Assembly: GCA_963665275.2 (NCBI GenBank)
Contig: CAXXIN010000007.1
Location: forward strand, 544,001-608,000
DNA: 64,000 nucleotides
Reading direction: 5' to 3'
DNA from: Negativicutes bacterium
GTDB lineage: Bacteria; Bacillota; Negativicutes; UBA1444
The notes under the pieces are model-generated. The model ran no database searches and was not told where the DNA came from. It worked only from the letters and a program-made list of their open reading frames with translations. The position numbers were made by a program, and so were the translations under genes. Positions 1-9,389 of this stretch are shown here, piece by piece. The number at the start of each line of letters is the position of its first letter. Within the stretch, counting starts at the first letter, position 1.

Positions 1-564
1 TTTTTCAAAAGTATCTAAGCATCCATTCAAATAGTCAACAGATGGCGGAACATAGCTGGCGGTGTTGATGGAGTATCCGCCGATCCAGTTTTGTGATCGT
101 CGAAACTCACCTGGTGTTTTATTTTCGCCCCGTACGCCCGTCATTAGAATCGCATGGATTTCCCGGATCAATCGCAAGGAAAGCGGCAACGTTTCCAATC
201 GCTCGAATCCATAGCTGGTTGCACTAATATAATTTTTGATTTCCTGAACGTCGTTAGGAACTTCATCAGCCATCCCTGCCTCAGCTTTAATCAAGTCGGA
301 AAAAGTTGCTCTTGTTCCTTCGATTTGCGAAGACAACGCCGCCTCTTTTCTGGCGTACATATACACAAAGAAACTTGGCGAAATCAAGCTATCCGTAACT
401 TCGTCCAGCCTACCAATATATCGGTTTGCCTCAGACAACAAATAAATCATTTCATCGTCATATTGAATAGTTGGGTTTTGTGGTGGCAGCTTGGCAGGAA
501 TAAAAGAAAAGAATCCCGCCTCGCCACTTCCTTGTTTCATTTTTTTGCCTGCACGTGCATCCAT
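1..564 (-). CDS. Fic/DOC family protein, N-terminal part (runs off left edge; absent from ORF track)
   Basis: Manual translation of the minus strand from ATG at 564: MDARAGKKMKQGSGEAGFFSFIPAKLPP...EAALSSQIEGT...PGEFRRSQNWIGG, the typical Fic N-terminal motifs. An RBS-like AAGGGGTGG lies upstream. Confidence 0.85.
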   Translation of the reverse strand, partial: MDARAGKKMKQGSGEAGFFSFIPAKLPPQNPTIQYDDEMIYLLSEANRYIGRLDEVTDSLISPSFFVYMYARKEAALSSQIEGTRATFSDLIKAEAGMADEVPNDVQEIKNYISATSYGFERLETLPLSLRLIREIHAILMTGVRGENKTPGEFRRSQNWIGGYSINTASYVPPSVDYLNGCLDTFEK

Positions 565-692
565 AATCCCACCCCTTAATTTTCAGTCCCAAAGTGATTA
601 TACTTTGATTTAATTTTCATTTCAATTCTTATTTTGAAAATAAAATTATACTATTTGCATTTTCGCAGTATTTCTGATGATAAATTCTCCTC

Positions 693-1583
693 GCGGCTGA
701 CGAGGATCAGCAACGAAGATTTGAGCATAGAACCTGTTCAGCACATCCTGCTGGCATGCAACCTCTTTCATGCACTCCCCTCCGGCAGCAGGTTTCCAGT
801 GATAGTGAAATAATGGGCGCAGTCATATATTTCAATCCTGCTACCGCGCTTTTTGCACTTTGGCCCCGGCTTCTTGCCCTTGATGATGATATGCAACCCC
901 CTCCCACTCGGGCTAATTTCCGTATAGGAATTAAACTGCTTCACAATGTCGATCGCACAAGGTTCTATTTCACCCGTTTGTTGGTTTCTGCATTTCTCCA
1001 GGTCAATTCCGCAGTAGGCGTCGGTCGTGAATATTTCGCCCCGAATGCGCAATGAATCCGCACAAAATGAGCAGTCGTCACGCTGGCATTGAGTAGCCCG
1101 TTCAAAACGAAGGCGTATGCCAAACAAATAACTTTTCTGGCAGGGAAGATATCTTGCAAAAGCTAAGCGGAATATAGGATTATGCAGTCACGTTCCGTGA
1201 GGATCGTAAAACAATCCTCGCGGAAACGCGACTCAACTCATAAAATCCGATAATGGATGCGTGAGCACTGCTCATTTCGAGCGTGACGACTGCTCAATCC
1301 GAGCGGAATAGGTGCTCAACTCACGCGAAATATTCAGGTCGAAGCAAATACAAATCCAATGCCAGAAATGTTATTACTCTCTGTCATGGCTTCCGCTGCT
1401 TCCGTATATATCCCCCAGGTGTTAGGGTCTGTAGGATCTGCATTGCTGCCTGTCTTTAGGGTTACCGGTGTTTTGTCAACCATCACTCCTTTGCTGTTTT
1501 TTGCGCGGTCCCCACAAAATCCAATGTGGTCGGTCTTTCAGCTCCTGCGGTATGTTCTCATAGGATATGTTTTGTTTAAGCAA
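693..1583 (-). pseudogene. Decayed copy of the primase genes at ~44990-45554, interrupted by a MITE and truncated
   Basis: Near-identical DNA to ~44990-45554 (DAYCGIDLEKCRN...YTEISPSGRGLHII). Broken by a 309-bp insertion, and homology ends at ~693. Confidence 0.85.
1028..1336. mobile_element. Non-autonomous IS21-like MITE (309 bp)
   Basis: Perfect 12-bp terminal inverted repeats TGAATATTTCGC/GCGAAATATTCA and a 5-bp target duplication GGTCG (1023-1027, 1337-1341). The empty site is visible in the paralogous copy at ~45309. Sub-terminal repeat GAGCAGTCGTCACGCT occurs in inverted orientation. Confidence 0.85.
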
Positions 1584-1620
1584 CTTTTATGCACCCCATT
1601 GCTGCCCCCGCATGGCAGCG

Positions 1621-2958
1621 GATAGCGTACAATAAAGTTCGCAAAAGAGAATAGGAAAAACCATCGGCAACTCCGAAAAGGTAAGTGTCCAGCAAACCCA
1701 AAAGGAGTGTAGCGCCGATGGTTTACCAAAATTCTACCGTACCTTTTGAAAAAATGCTAATGAAATTTGTGGCAGACGACGATCCCATGCAGGAAATGCT
1801 CAAGTGGCTCTGCGAACGACTCATGGCAGCCGAAGTGGACGGCAAGCTGGAAGCCCAAAAATCAGAGCGAACCCAAACTCGCCAGGGATATCGCTCAGGT
1901 TATCGAGTCAGGCGATTTGACACGCGAATGGGGACAATGTATCTGATGGTGCCCAAGATCCGAAATGGCGGGTATATCCCATTCTTCCTGGAAGCCAGAA
2001 AACGATCCGAAGCCGCTTTGATGAACGTCATTCAGGAAGCCTATGTAAACGGCGTATCGACACGGAAAATCGACAAACTCACCAAAAGTTTGGGGATCGA
2101 CTCCATCTCCCGCAGTCAGGTTTCGGCCATCACCAAAGAATTAAATGAACAAGTTGAAGCCTTCCGCAATCGCCAGTTGGAAGAGATCTATCCGGTTCTA
2201 TGGGTGGATGCCCTGTATGAACGTATCCGCGATCACCATAGTGTTAAAAACATGGCGGTCCTGGTAGTTACAGGCATTAATTGCGACGGCAAACGCGATA
2301 TCCTGGCGATTGAACCGATGGTTGAGGAATCCGCCGCCACGTATACCCAACTGTTCGACAATCTCAAAGCCCGGGGAGTAAAAAAGGTCTGGTTGGTTGT
2401 ATCGGATGCGCATAAGGGGCTGGTCAAAGCCGTGAGGGAATCCTTCGTTGGTTGCGCCTGGCAACGCTGCAAAGTCCATTTCATGCGAAATATCTTGGCC
2501 CATATATCCAGCCGGGAAAAGAAAACCTTTGCGGAAAAACTCAAGCAAATCTGGCTCCAGCCTGACTATGACAGCGCCAAAAAATATGCGGCGTCTCTGA
2601 TGGACGATTATGAAACAAGATATCCGGAAGCGATTGCCACATTGGAAGACGGTCTGGAAGAATCGCTGCAGTTTTTCAGTTTCAATGAAATCGACTCGCG
2701 AAAAATCTCATCCACTAATCTGTTGGAACGGCTAAACAAGGAAATCCGGCGTCGAACAAAGGTGGTCGGTATCTTCCCGAGTATGGATTCCTATGTTCGC
2801 CTAGTAACCAGTTACTTGATTGAATACAGCGAGGATTGGTCTAGCGGGCGATCTTATATTCATCCCATGATCATTACAGAGATCCAGCAAAAACTCGATG
2901 CGGCTGCTTAACCAAGCTGAAGTGCCGATGATTTTTGCGAACATTATTTGACACTATC
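1621..2958 (+). mobile_element. IS256-family insertion sequence
   Basis: Imperfect ~26-bp inverted repeats (GATAGCGTACAATAAAGTTCGCAAAA vs GATAGTGTCAAATAATGTTCGCAAAA) and an 8-bp target duplication TGGCAGCG (1613-1620, 2959-2966). The empty site is at ~45584. Confidence 0.95.
1718..2911 (+). CDS. IS256-family (Mutator) transposase
   Basis: Motifs YRSGYRVRRFDTRMG, LWVDA, VVSDAHKGL, WQRCKVHFMRN, STNLLERLNKEIRRRT. RBS AAGGAG upstream. Confidence 0.95.
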   Translation: MVYQNSTVPFEKMLMKFVADDDPMQEMLKWLCERLMAAEVDGKLEAQKSERTQTRQGYRSGYRVRRFDTRMGTMYLMVPKIRNGGYIPFFLEARKRSEAALMNVIQEAYVNGVSTRKIDKLTKSLGIDSISRSQVSAITKELNEQVEAFRNRQLEEIYPVLWVDALYERIRDHHSVKNMAVLVVTGINCDGKRDILAIEPMVEESAATYTQLFDNLKARGVKKVWLVVSDAHKGLVKAVRESFVGCAWQRCKVHFMRNILAHISSREKKTFAEKLKQIWLQPDYDSAKKYAASLMDDYETRYPEAIATLEDGLEESLQFFSFNEIDSRKISSTNLLERLNKEIRRRTKVVGIFPSMDSYVRLVTSYLIEYSEDWSSGRSYIHPMIITEIQQKLDAAA

Positions 2959-3002
2959 TGGCAGCGGGACTTTTTCTCTTAGGAATAGAGAAGGCGACGC
3001 AT

Positions 3003-3949
3003 TTACGCGCCGCCCCAGAGTTCACTCGCCGGCCAATATCCGGCTTGACTGATAGTCTGCTTTCGTTCCGTAATAATTTCATCCACCGCAAGTCTTGGTA
3101 CTGGGTCTTTAACATCGTAGACGTTTCTCCACTCAAGCGCTTTTTCGATCCATACCCTTGTCCGGTTCTTTTTCCTGTCATACATTGTCACAATTCTGTT
3201 AAGGCGATCCAGCTCTTTTTTATTGAGGTAATTTTTTGCCACCGTAATATCGCTTTTCAAAATCTTTCCGGCAGGAGATGCTTTCCAGTTAGTTAGTCCC
3301 ATTGTCGGGTGTGCGCTGGAGGCTCTATCATGAATTATTTCCGCCGCAGTTTTTCCGGTTATGGCAAAGTGCATTTTATTCTGGACAAAAGCATAGAATG
3401 CCTTCGTTTCCTCTGAACCCGAATTATAATCGCTACTGCACTGTTCAAAGACATCGGCAATTTTCTGGTAAGCCCTACGTTCAGAAGCCCTGATCTCCCT
3501 AATGCGCTCTAACAGCTCATCAAAATAATCCTTGCCAAATGGTCTTCCGTTTTTCAGCATCTCATCATTCAATACAAATCCTTTTAAAATGTACTCCTTT
3601 AATGTTTGAGTTGCCCATATTCTAAACTGAGTAGCCTTTATCGAATTCACCTGGTAGCCGACTGCAATAATGGCATCAAGGTTATAAAATTCGACATTGC
3701 GTTTTATATTTCTTTCGCCTTCGTTTTGAACTGTTTCCATAACGGAAACAGTTGCATTTTTTCAAGTTCACCGGATTCATAGATATTTTTAAGATGCTTA
3801 GAAATGGCGGCTTTCTGAACATCGAACAGTTCTCCCATAGCTTTTTGTGTCAACCAAAAATTTTCATCAGCAAAAAAAAACACATGACTTTTACTTTGCC
3901 TTCATCAGTTTGATAAAGTATTATTTTATTTTTTTAATGTTTTATCCAC
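3003..3949 (-). pseudogene. Frameshifted rhuM copy fused by deletion to the small backbone ORF
   Basis: Near-identical to 47291-48061, with indels at ~3760 and ~3880. The junction at ~3179 joins rhuM (...RIVTMY) to the DRKKNRT... ORF that lies at 45628-45813 in the other copy. Confidence 0.85.
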
Positions 3950-3968
3950 CGTTCGACCTACTCCTTTC

Positions 3969-4904
3969 CTATCCAAGGAAAACATTCTCATTGTGCCATT
4001 CAAGATATTGTGGATCGGGAAGTTGATCTTTTCGTTCCGGCAAAATAATCAATTTGCTGCCATGATGCGCATAGTATTCTTTGCCGTTGCCGAAAACCTC
4101 TTTTATCCGATGACTAACTTCTACGATGAGATTCTTGTCAACGGTAATATAGCCCCTGTCAAAAAGAGTGTGAAAATCACTTCTGAGAAGTAGTCCATTG
4201 CTGATTTTATGTGGCCCCTCCAGACCGTATGGCTTAATATGTGCAGCCTCTAAAACCGGCAAGGTTTTCTCTCCGGTGATTGCACATTTACGTTGATATG
4301 CGTCCGTTATCAAAACCTTGAATGCTCCCTGCCCAATTCTTGGCTTAATGATCTGTTCCTTTCCGTAACGGTTTTCAGCACTTTCCCCCACAGCCCATGG
4401 TTGCATCAATCTTTGCAATTTAAGCTTGTCTTGTACCTGCTCATAAAGCGTCATCCCGATCATTTCTCGCGTATCATACGTTTTACCTTGAACTATGTTG
4501 CGATTCCAATTTTGTGGAACCGGAATCCAGTCCTCTTCATCAAAATAAAATGGCGTGGATAGAATAATACATCCGATGTACGGGTCGGGATCAGATAAAC
4601 GATTCGTTTTTTTGTATTTGTAAATTCGATTGTTAAGTTCCATAAGATTTATAGCGCCATTTGCAATGCCAAATGCCTCCCATGCTAAGGAAGATGGCAA
4701 AATTGAAAACTTCAGAAAGAGCCCTCCGCCCACAATGTAATCCTTGGGGCTATGAAGCTTGAACAAAAAAAGGTCGCCTTCAGCCAGAGCCAAAAAATTG
4801 GTACGGCCTCCCGGCTTCCAAAAATTCACTTCGTCGCAGTTCGCCTGCTTTATAGTTTTAAACCAGTCAAAATCTGTGACCCCGACATACATCTTCACAG
4901 GCAT
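3969..4904 (-). CDS. Putative restriction HNH endonuclease with an N-terminal domain
   Basis: C-terminal CAITG...LEAAHIKPY...NGLLLRSDFHTLFDRG (HNH_2 type). N-terminal VNFWKPGG...GDLFLFKLH. Confidence 0.8.
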   Translation of the reverse strand: MPVKMYVGVTDFDWFKTIKQANCDEVNFWKPGGRTNFLALAEGDLFLFKLHSPKDYIVGGGLFLKFSILPSSLAWEAFGIANGAINLMELNNRIYKYKKTNRLSDPDPYIGCIILSTPFYFDEEDWIPVPQNWNRNIVQGKTYDTREMIGMTLYEQVQDKLKLQRLMQPWAVGESAENRYGKEQIIKPRIGQGAFKVLITDAYQRKCAITGEKTLPVLEAAHIKPYGLEGPHKISNGLLLRSDFHTLFDRGYITVDKNLIVEVSHRIKEVFGNGKEYYAHHGSKLIILPERKDQLPDPQYLEWHNENVFLG

Positions 4905-5083
4905 CCGCGTCCTTATCCCAAATTCAAAACTTACCATTTGAGCGGCGGAATTATTCATCACAAGCCGTAATCCGCTATTAACAATCAAATCCAGTAATTT
5001 CTTCCCTCTGTAAAATCGGTATGCGAAGCATCCCTGAATAAGAGAAACAATACTATATTTTTCTTAAAACAAGGCACCGTTTC

Positions 5084-6136
5084 TTAGTCAAAAAGATGTT
5101 GCGCTTCACAAGCTTCTAAAAAAGGCTTCTTTAAAAAATTGGTATCCGTATTCGGATAACTTTGAGCAAAGCTCAATATTGATTGTAACAACTCATGGGG
5201 AGACAGTTTACCATGAAAATCATTAACCTGAGTAATCCAATCTTTGGCTTCGGCACTACAGCACTTTTCCTTAAAACGTTCTTCAATATCAAATAATTCA
5301 TCCCAAGTTCGAATCTCTGCCGATAAACGGGGTGGCCCTAATGCTATGTTTATATCATGCGGAGCTAAGTGTTCTATATCAGCCGAATTAAGTTGCAAAT
5401 TAATATCCAGCTTGTATGAAGTTGAATTATAGGCGTAGAACGCTTTCCGTCGATTGCCACTTCTATCATGAAGCGGGTCTTTTGCCTGCTTATACATACT
5501 GTTACACTTATTGCATGCTGGAGCCAAGTTTCTAAAATTAATCGACGAAAAAGGGTATTTGCTTTTGGGCAAGTAATGATCATACGCTTCGCGCATCTTA
5601 GAGTACTCACCTTCAATATCACTCAAACCACAAAAAGGGCACTTTCCAAGTTTATTAACGGTCACGAACTGATGATAATGCTCGCCAATCACTCCAATTT
5701 TTTCTGCTACCGTTCGCAAAGTAAGAAAATCCTTTGCATATAGCGGTTCAAAAAATCGTTTTAATGCTCGCCCCAAAGTTGCATGCTGAATATTTATCTC
5801 TGCATATGTTATCGGAACACAGGAAGGATTATTATGGCACAGGTCTTCAATATCATTATTCGATTGATACCAACCTTGTAACTGACTCAGGGAAAACGGC
5901 TTAGGATCTTTAAAGATTAAAAATATCTCTTGTATCCCTTTGATGAAAAAATCTGCACCTTTGGGCTCGGTATGGTAAAAATCAACGATCAGTTCTTTTA
6001 GATCAGGCTTGCCATTAAATAGTGAAATGTCATAATCGCATCCTGGAGCCTTACACCAAACCTGATAAAAAATATAATCAATATACTCCTGCATTTTTTC
6101 CACGGAGTGATTAATATATTTGTAAGGAAATAGCAT
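5084..6136 (-). CDS. HNH endonuclease, PtuB-like partner of the adjacent ATPase
   Basis: CPFCG...DHYLPKSKYPFSSINFRNLAPACNKCN. Abuts the upstream ATPase gene (shared base 6136). Confidence 0.8.
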   Translation of the reverse strand: MLFPYKYINHSVEKMQEYIDYIFYQVWCKAPGCDYDISLFNGKPDLKELIVDFYHTEPKGADFFIKGIQEIFLIFKDPKPFSLSQLQGWYQSNNDIEDLCHNNPSCVPITYAEINIQHATLGRALKRFFEPLYAKDFLTLRTVAEKIGVIGEHYHQFVTVNKLGKCPFCGLSDIEGEYSKMREAYDHYLPKSKYPFSSINFRNLAPACNKCNSMYKQAKDPLHDRSGNRRKAFYAYNSTSYKLDINLQLNSADIEHLAPHDINIALGPPRLSAEIRTWDELFDIEERFKEKCCSAEAKDWITQVNDFHGKLSPHELLQSILSFAQSYPNTDTNFLKKPFLEACEAQHLFD

Positions 6137-7854
6137 TATGTGTCCTCCATGCTATCCAGCACTCTTTTCACGAATAGTATCTTCTCAACCGAATCGCCGA
6201 GCAAAGAATTAACTTCTTCAATCAATTCTTGCTTAGGCGCGCCTACCTCAAACCGTTTTTTAATTTCATCAAGTTGCTTTTCGGCGTAGCCGCCAATAGT
6301 TTCAGTCTTGCCAAAAGATGTCATCGTAATTTTGTTGATCGATGCACCCAAAGTATTGTAATCTGGTCGCCGAACCTCTACCGTCTTCATCCTGAAATTT
6401 TTATTAAATAATAGAACATACTCCTTGCGACTATCTGAAATTAAAAAGGGAGAATGAGTTGTAATCAACATTTCGCGCATCGTGTTCTGAGCTTTTCCCT
6501 CACTAAAACACTCGCGCAGCCTTGTGATAAATTTTGCCCGCCAATCTGGGTCGAAGTGGGTTTCAGGCTCATCCATGAGAAAGAGGCAGTTTTCATCTTT
6601 ATATAAAAGACATAATCCTAACGAATGAATAAATTGATGTTCGCCATCAGAAAGCGATTTCGTATAAATCACGCCCTCTATTTCGCCCTTATCAAGCATA
6701 AATTCTTTGATCCGAAAAACACTTTCTTCATTCAAAGAAATCGCAGTCATATCTTGCTTTAAATATATATTTTTCGACTTATAAATGTGTGCTCGGGTTT
6801 CCAAATCAATCACACAATAATTAAGTGTATGTAGTATTTGGAATGCCTGAAATAAATTTAATGGATAACTTTGGAAATGATATTGGAAAGCTTCTTTGGT
6901 TGCTTCATCAACACAAAAATCCAAAATACGAAATTTCGCCATGCCGTCATCGCCATAAATGGTATGTTGAGCAGTAGAACAGTTTTCTAATCGGTCCATT
7001 GTAGTTTTAAGCTTTAAAGTAAGTTCTCTACGAATCTTATTGGGGTCAAGTTTTTCGTTTTCCGTCATTGCTTCAAAAACATCGTCATGAATTATCTCAT
7101 AGCGATGTTTGTTAATAATTAGCCGGAATTCTTTTACTGCTTTAAGGCCTAATTCTTTCTCAAACGGATACAACACGTCTTTGGGTTGCAAAAGAAGATT
7201 GCTCAATAAAATAGCTTGGCTAAGCTGCTCATCAAGATAAATCAACCTTCCCTCCGGGGTTTGTCCGTAATAATCATCCCGTATCAACAAGTCTCTATAC
7301 TCATCAAAGTGAATAAATCTCATTTTGAAAAAAGGCACACTCAAAATTTCATTCTCGCCCGAAGAATACGCCATAATATATTTGGGTAATAGCTGTTTTG
7401 CGGTTTTTTTATCGAGCGCTTCACTGTAGTCAGTCGCTTCGTTTTGGTTAAGCCAAAACATAGCCGGCGGCTTGCTCAATCTTTTTTCGATGCGAACTTG
7501 CGCAATATTGAGCTTGGATTCACTCCTCAAAGAATCTGGCACAGGAATAAAGTACTCCAGTTCAAAAGCATCAGGAGTACTTACTTCTTCTCGAAATCCG
7601 CCTGGATTTTTTTCTTCATCATAGCGAAAATTATCCGGTCGATACTGCAAATACATACATTCAATATGATAAAAGATCGCCGCTAATGCTTCTAATACAT
7701 TAGACTTCCCACTTCCATTCGGTCCCGCCAAAATGTACGGATTGAATTCGCCTGCCTCCGCATAGTTCCAGTCACGCAGAAAATAAACCTCAAAACCCGC
7801 TTGTAAGCTTCTGAAGCCAGTGGGATCGGTTATTTTCAAGCGTAATAGTTTCAT
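6136..7854 (-). CDS. Restriction-system-associated ABC/AAA ATPase (PtuA-like)
   Basis: Walker A GPNGSGKS, signature LSDGE, Walker B LMDEPETH, H-loop TTHSP. Confidence 0.85.
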   Translation of the reverse strand: MKLLRLKITDPTGFRSLQAGFEVYFLRDWNYAEAGEFNPYILAGPNGSGKSNVLEALAAIFYHIECMYLQYRPDNFRYDEEKNPGGFREEVSTPDAFELEYFIPVPDSLRSESKLNIAQVRIEKRLSKPPAMFWLNQNEATDYSEALDKKTAKQLLPKYIMAYSSGENEILSVPFFKMRFIHFDEYRDLLIRDDYYGQTPEGRLIYLDEQLSQAILLSNLLLQPKDVLYPFEKELGLKAVKEFRLIINKHRYEIIHDDVFEAMTENEKLDPNKIRRELTLKLKTTMDRLENCSTAQHTIYGDDGMAKFRILDFCVDEATKEAFQYHFQSYPLNLFQAFQILHTLNYCVIDLETRAHIYKSKNIYLKQDMTAISLNEESVFRIKEFMLDKGEIEGVIYTKSLSDGEHQFIHSLGLCLLYKDENCLFLMDEPETHFDPDWRAKFITRLRECFSEGKAQNTMREMLITTHSPFLISDSRKEYVLLFNKNFRMKTVEVRRPDYNTLGASINKITMTSFGKTETIGGYAEKQLDEIKKRFEVGAPKQELIEEVNSLLGDSVEKILFVKRVLDSMEDT

Positions 7855-9389
7855 TTTTTGCGCCTCATAACCATCATTTTTTTCTCTTTGTCAAAAAGCT
7901 GCACCAACTGAGGATTTTCTCCACTAAGCATTTCAAAGAGTGTCCTTTTCACGTCTTCATATTGGGGCAGTTCGTCAAATGCGGCGGTTTCAATCTTGGA
8001 CCACAATTCGTCAAATGAAAAAGTTTTCTCACTCGTTGTATCGATAAGATTTTTCAAAGCTTCCACTGAATATTTCCGAGAACTCGTCACTTCTGCATTC
8101 GACGGATTCATGGAAAATTTTATGGGATCATTGTGATTAAGCACCTCGTCTGGTACCATCTCTTGAATAGGAACCCGACTCAAATCCAATTCGCCTTTAA
8201 ATGCCCGCTGACTGAGCGAAGCATAAAGGGCCTCCAATCCGGTGAGACTTTCAGTATATCTTGTTTTAAGAGCTTCGACTTTTTCTACAATGTCGGCAAA
8301 TTGATTTTGGAGTGTTCGTTCTGGACTTAATACTTCAAACAAAAGAATATCTTGTTGATTGATACTCGACTGATTTACTGCATTTTTCGCTCTACGTTTT
8401 ATTTGGGCTTTAATATATTCTGTTCTCCACAAGAACATCAAAAAAACTGGTGTTAATAATTTTGGGTTTAAATGGAATTTCATCATGTTTGATTCGTAGA
8501 CAATATCCTCTGAAATATCTGGCACGATACCTATTTTCCCAAGATACTCCATGCTATTAACGCGGTTGATTAATATATCATCTTTTTTCACTGCATATTG
8601 GTCAATTTCGATTTGGGTCAACGTTACTCTTTTTAGTTTTTCAATAAATTCAACATAACCATCATAAAATGAATCTATCCGAATAATTTTTGTTCCGCTT
8701 CCATACATAGATTGATGCTTATACAAGCCATTTTGCGGGAAGATATTTAAACAATCACCTAATCTTTTCTTTTCCCATCCCTTCTCATTCCGCACCGGAT
8801 CGCCAAACATCTCAATAAAAGTACTTTTCAAGAATTCATCCACCAACCTGATGCTCTCTTTTCGTTTGGCAATCAGCGTTTCCGCTCGGGTGAGAACATT
8901 GGCAATGCGAATTTGGTCGTCGAGGTTCTCGGGGAGAGGAATTTGTGTTGACTCTATAAATTGACGGGATATTCCTCCAACAGTTGCGCCACGAAAGTCA
9001 TTAAGTATCTGTTTTTTACCCTCTGACGATCTCAAGAAAAAATAAACATATTTTGCAAAACCTTTTTTTTGATCAATAGCAATACGAAATACATGTTCAT
9101 TAATAGCCGCTTTAGCATAGGGAAATGAATTTCCAACGAAAGATACCTTCCCTGTAGTTGCACCATCTTTTACGATCAAAATATCATTGCATTTTATTTT
9201 TCCCGTTTTCAATCTGCAAAAAAAACTGACTGTAATAAATTTATTTTTATGGAAGTTAAACTTTCCATCTTCTGATAAGTGCTCCGCGCCCAGACTAGGT
9301 ATTGTCCCTGTTTCAGATGAAACACCGCCTTGAGGCCTGGCACCAGATTCCAATTCTTTTACAAGACCAGCAAGTTTAACTACTCTCAT
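7851..9389 (-). CDS. hsdS: Type I R-M specificity subunit with a C-terminal extension
   Basis: Two target-recognition domains with spacer FIEMFGDPVRNEKGW and end motif SLSQRAFKGEL, followed by ~110 extra residues. Confidence 0.9.
   Translation of the reverse strand: MRVVKLAGLVKELESGARPQGGVSSETGTIPSLGAEHLSEDGKFNFHKNKFITVSFFCRLKTGKIKCNDILIVKDGATTGKVSFVGNSFPYAKAAINEHVFRIAIDQKKGFAKYVYFFLRSSEGKKQILNDFRGATVGGISRQFIESTQIPLPENLDDQIRIANVLTRAETLIAKRKESIRLVDEFLKSTFIEMFGDPVRNEKGWEKKRLGDCLNIFPQNGLYKHQSMYGSGTKIIRIDSFYDGYVEFIEKLKRVTLTQIEIDQYAVKKDDILINRVNSMEYLGKIGIVPDISEDIVYESNMMKFHLNPKLLTPVFLMFLWRTEYIKAQIKRRAKNAVNQSSINQQDILLFEVLSPERTLQNQFADIVEKVEALKTRYTESLTGLEALYASLSQRAFKGELDLSRVPIQEMVPDEVLNHNDPIKFSMNPSNAEVTSSRKYSVEALKNLIDTTSEKTFSFDELWSKIETAAFDELPQYEDVKRTLFEMLSGENPQLVQLFDKEKKMMVMRRKK

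Noticed and set aside
154-579. 141-aa plus-strand ORF
   Set aside because: It is the antisense shadow of the minus-strand Fic gene, which has clear family motifs.
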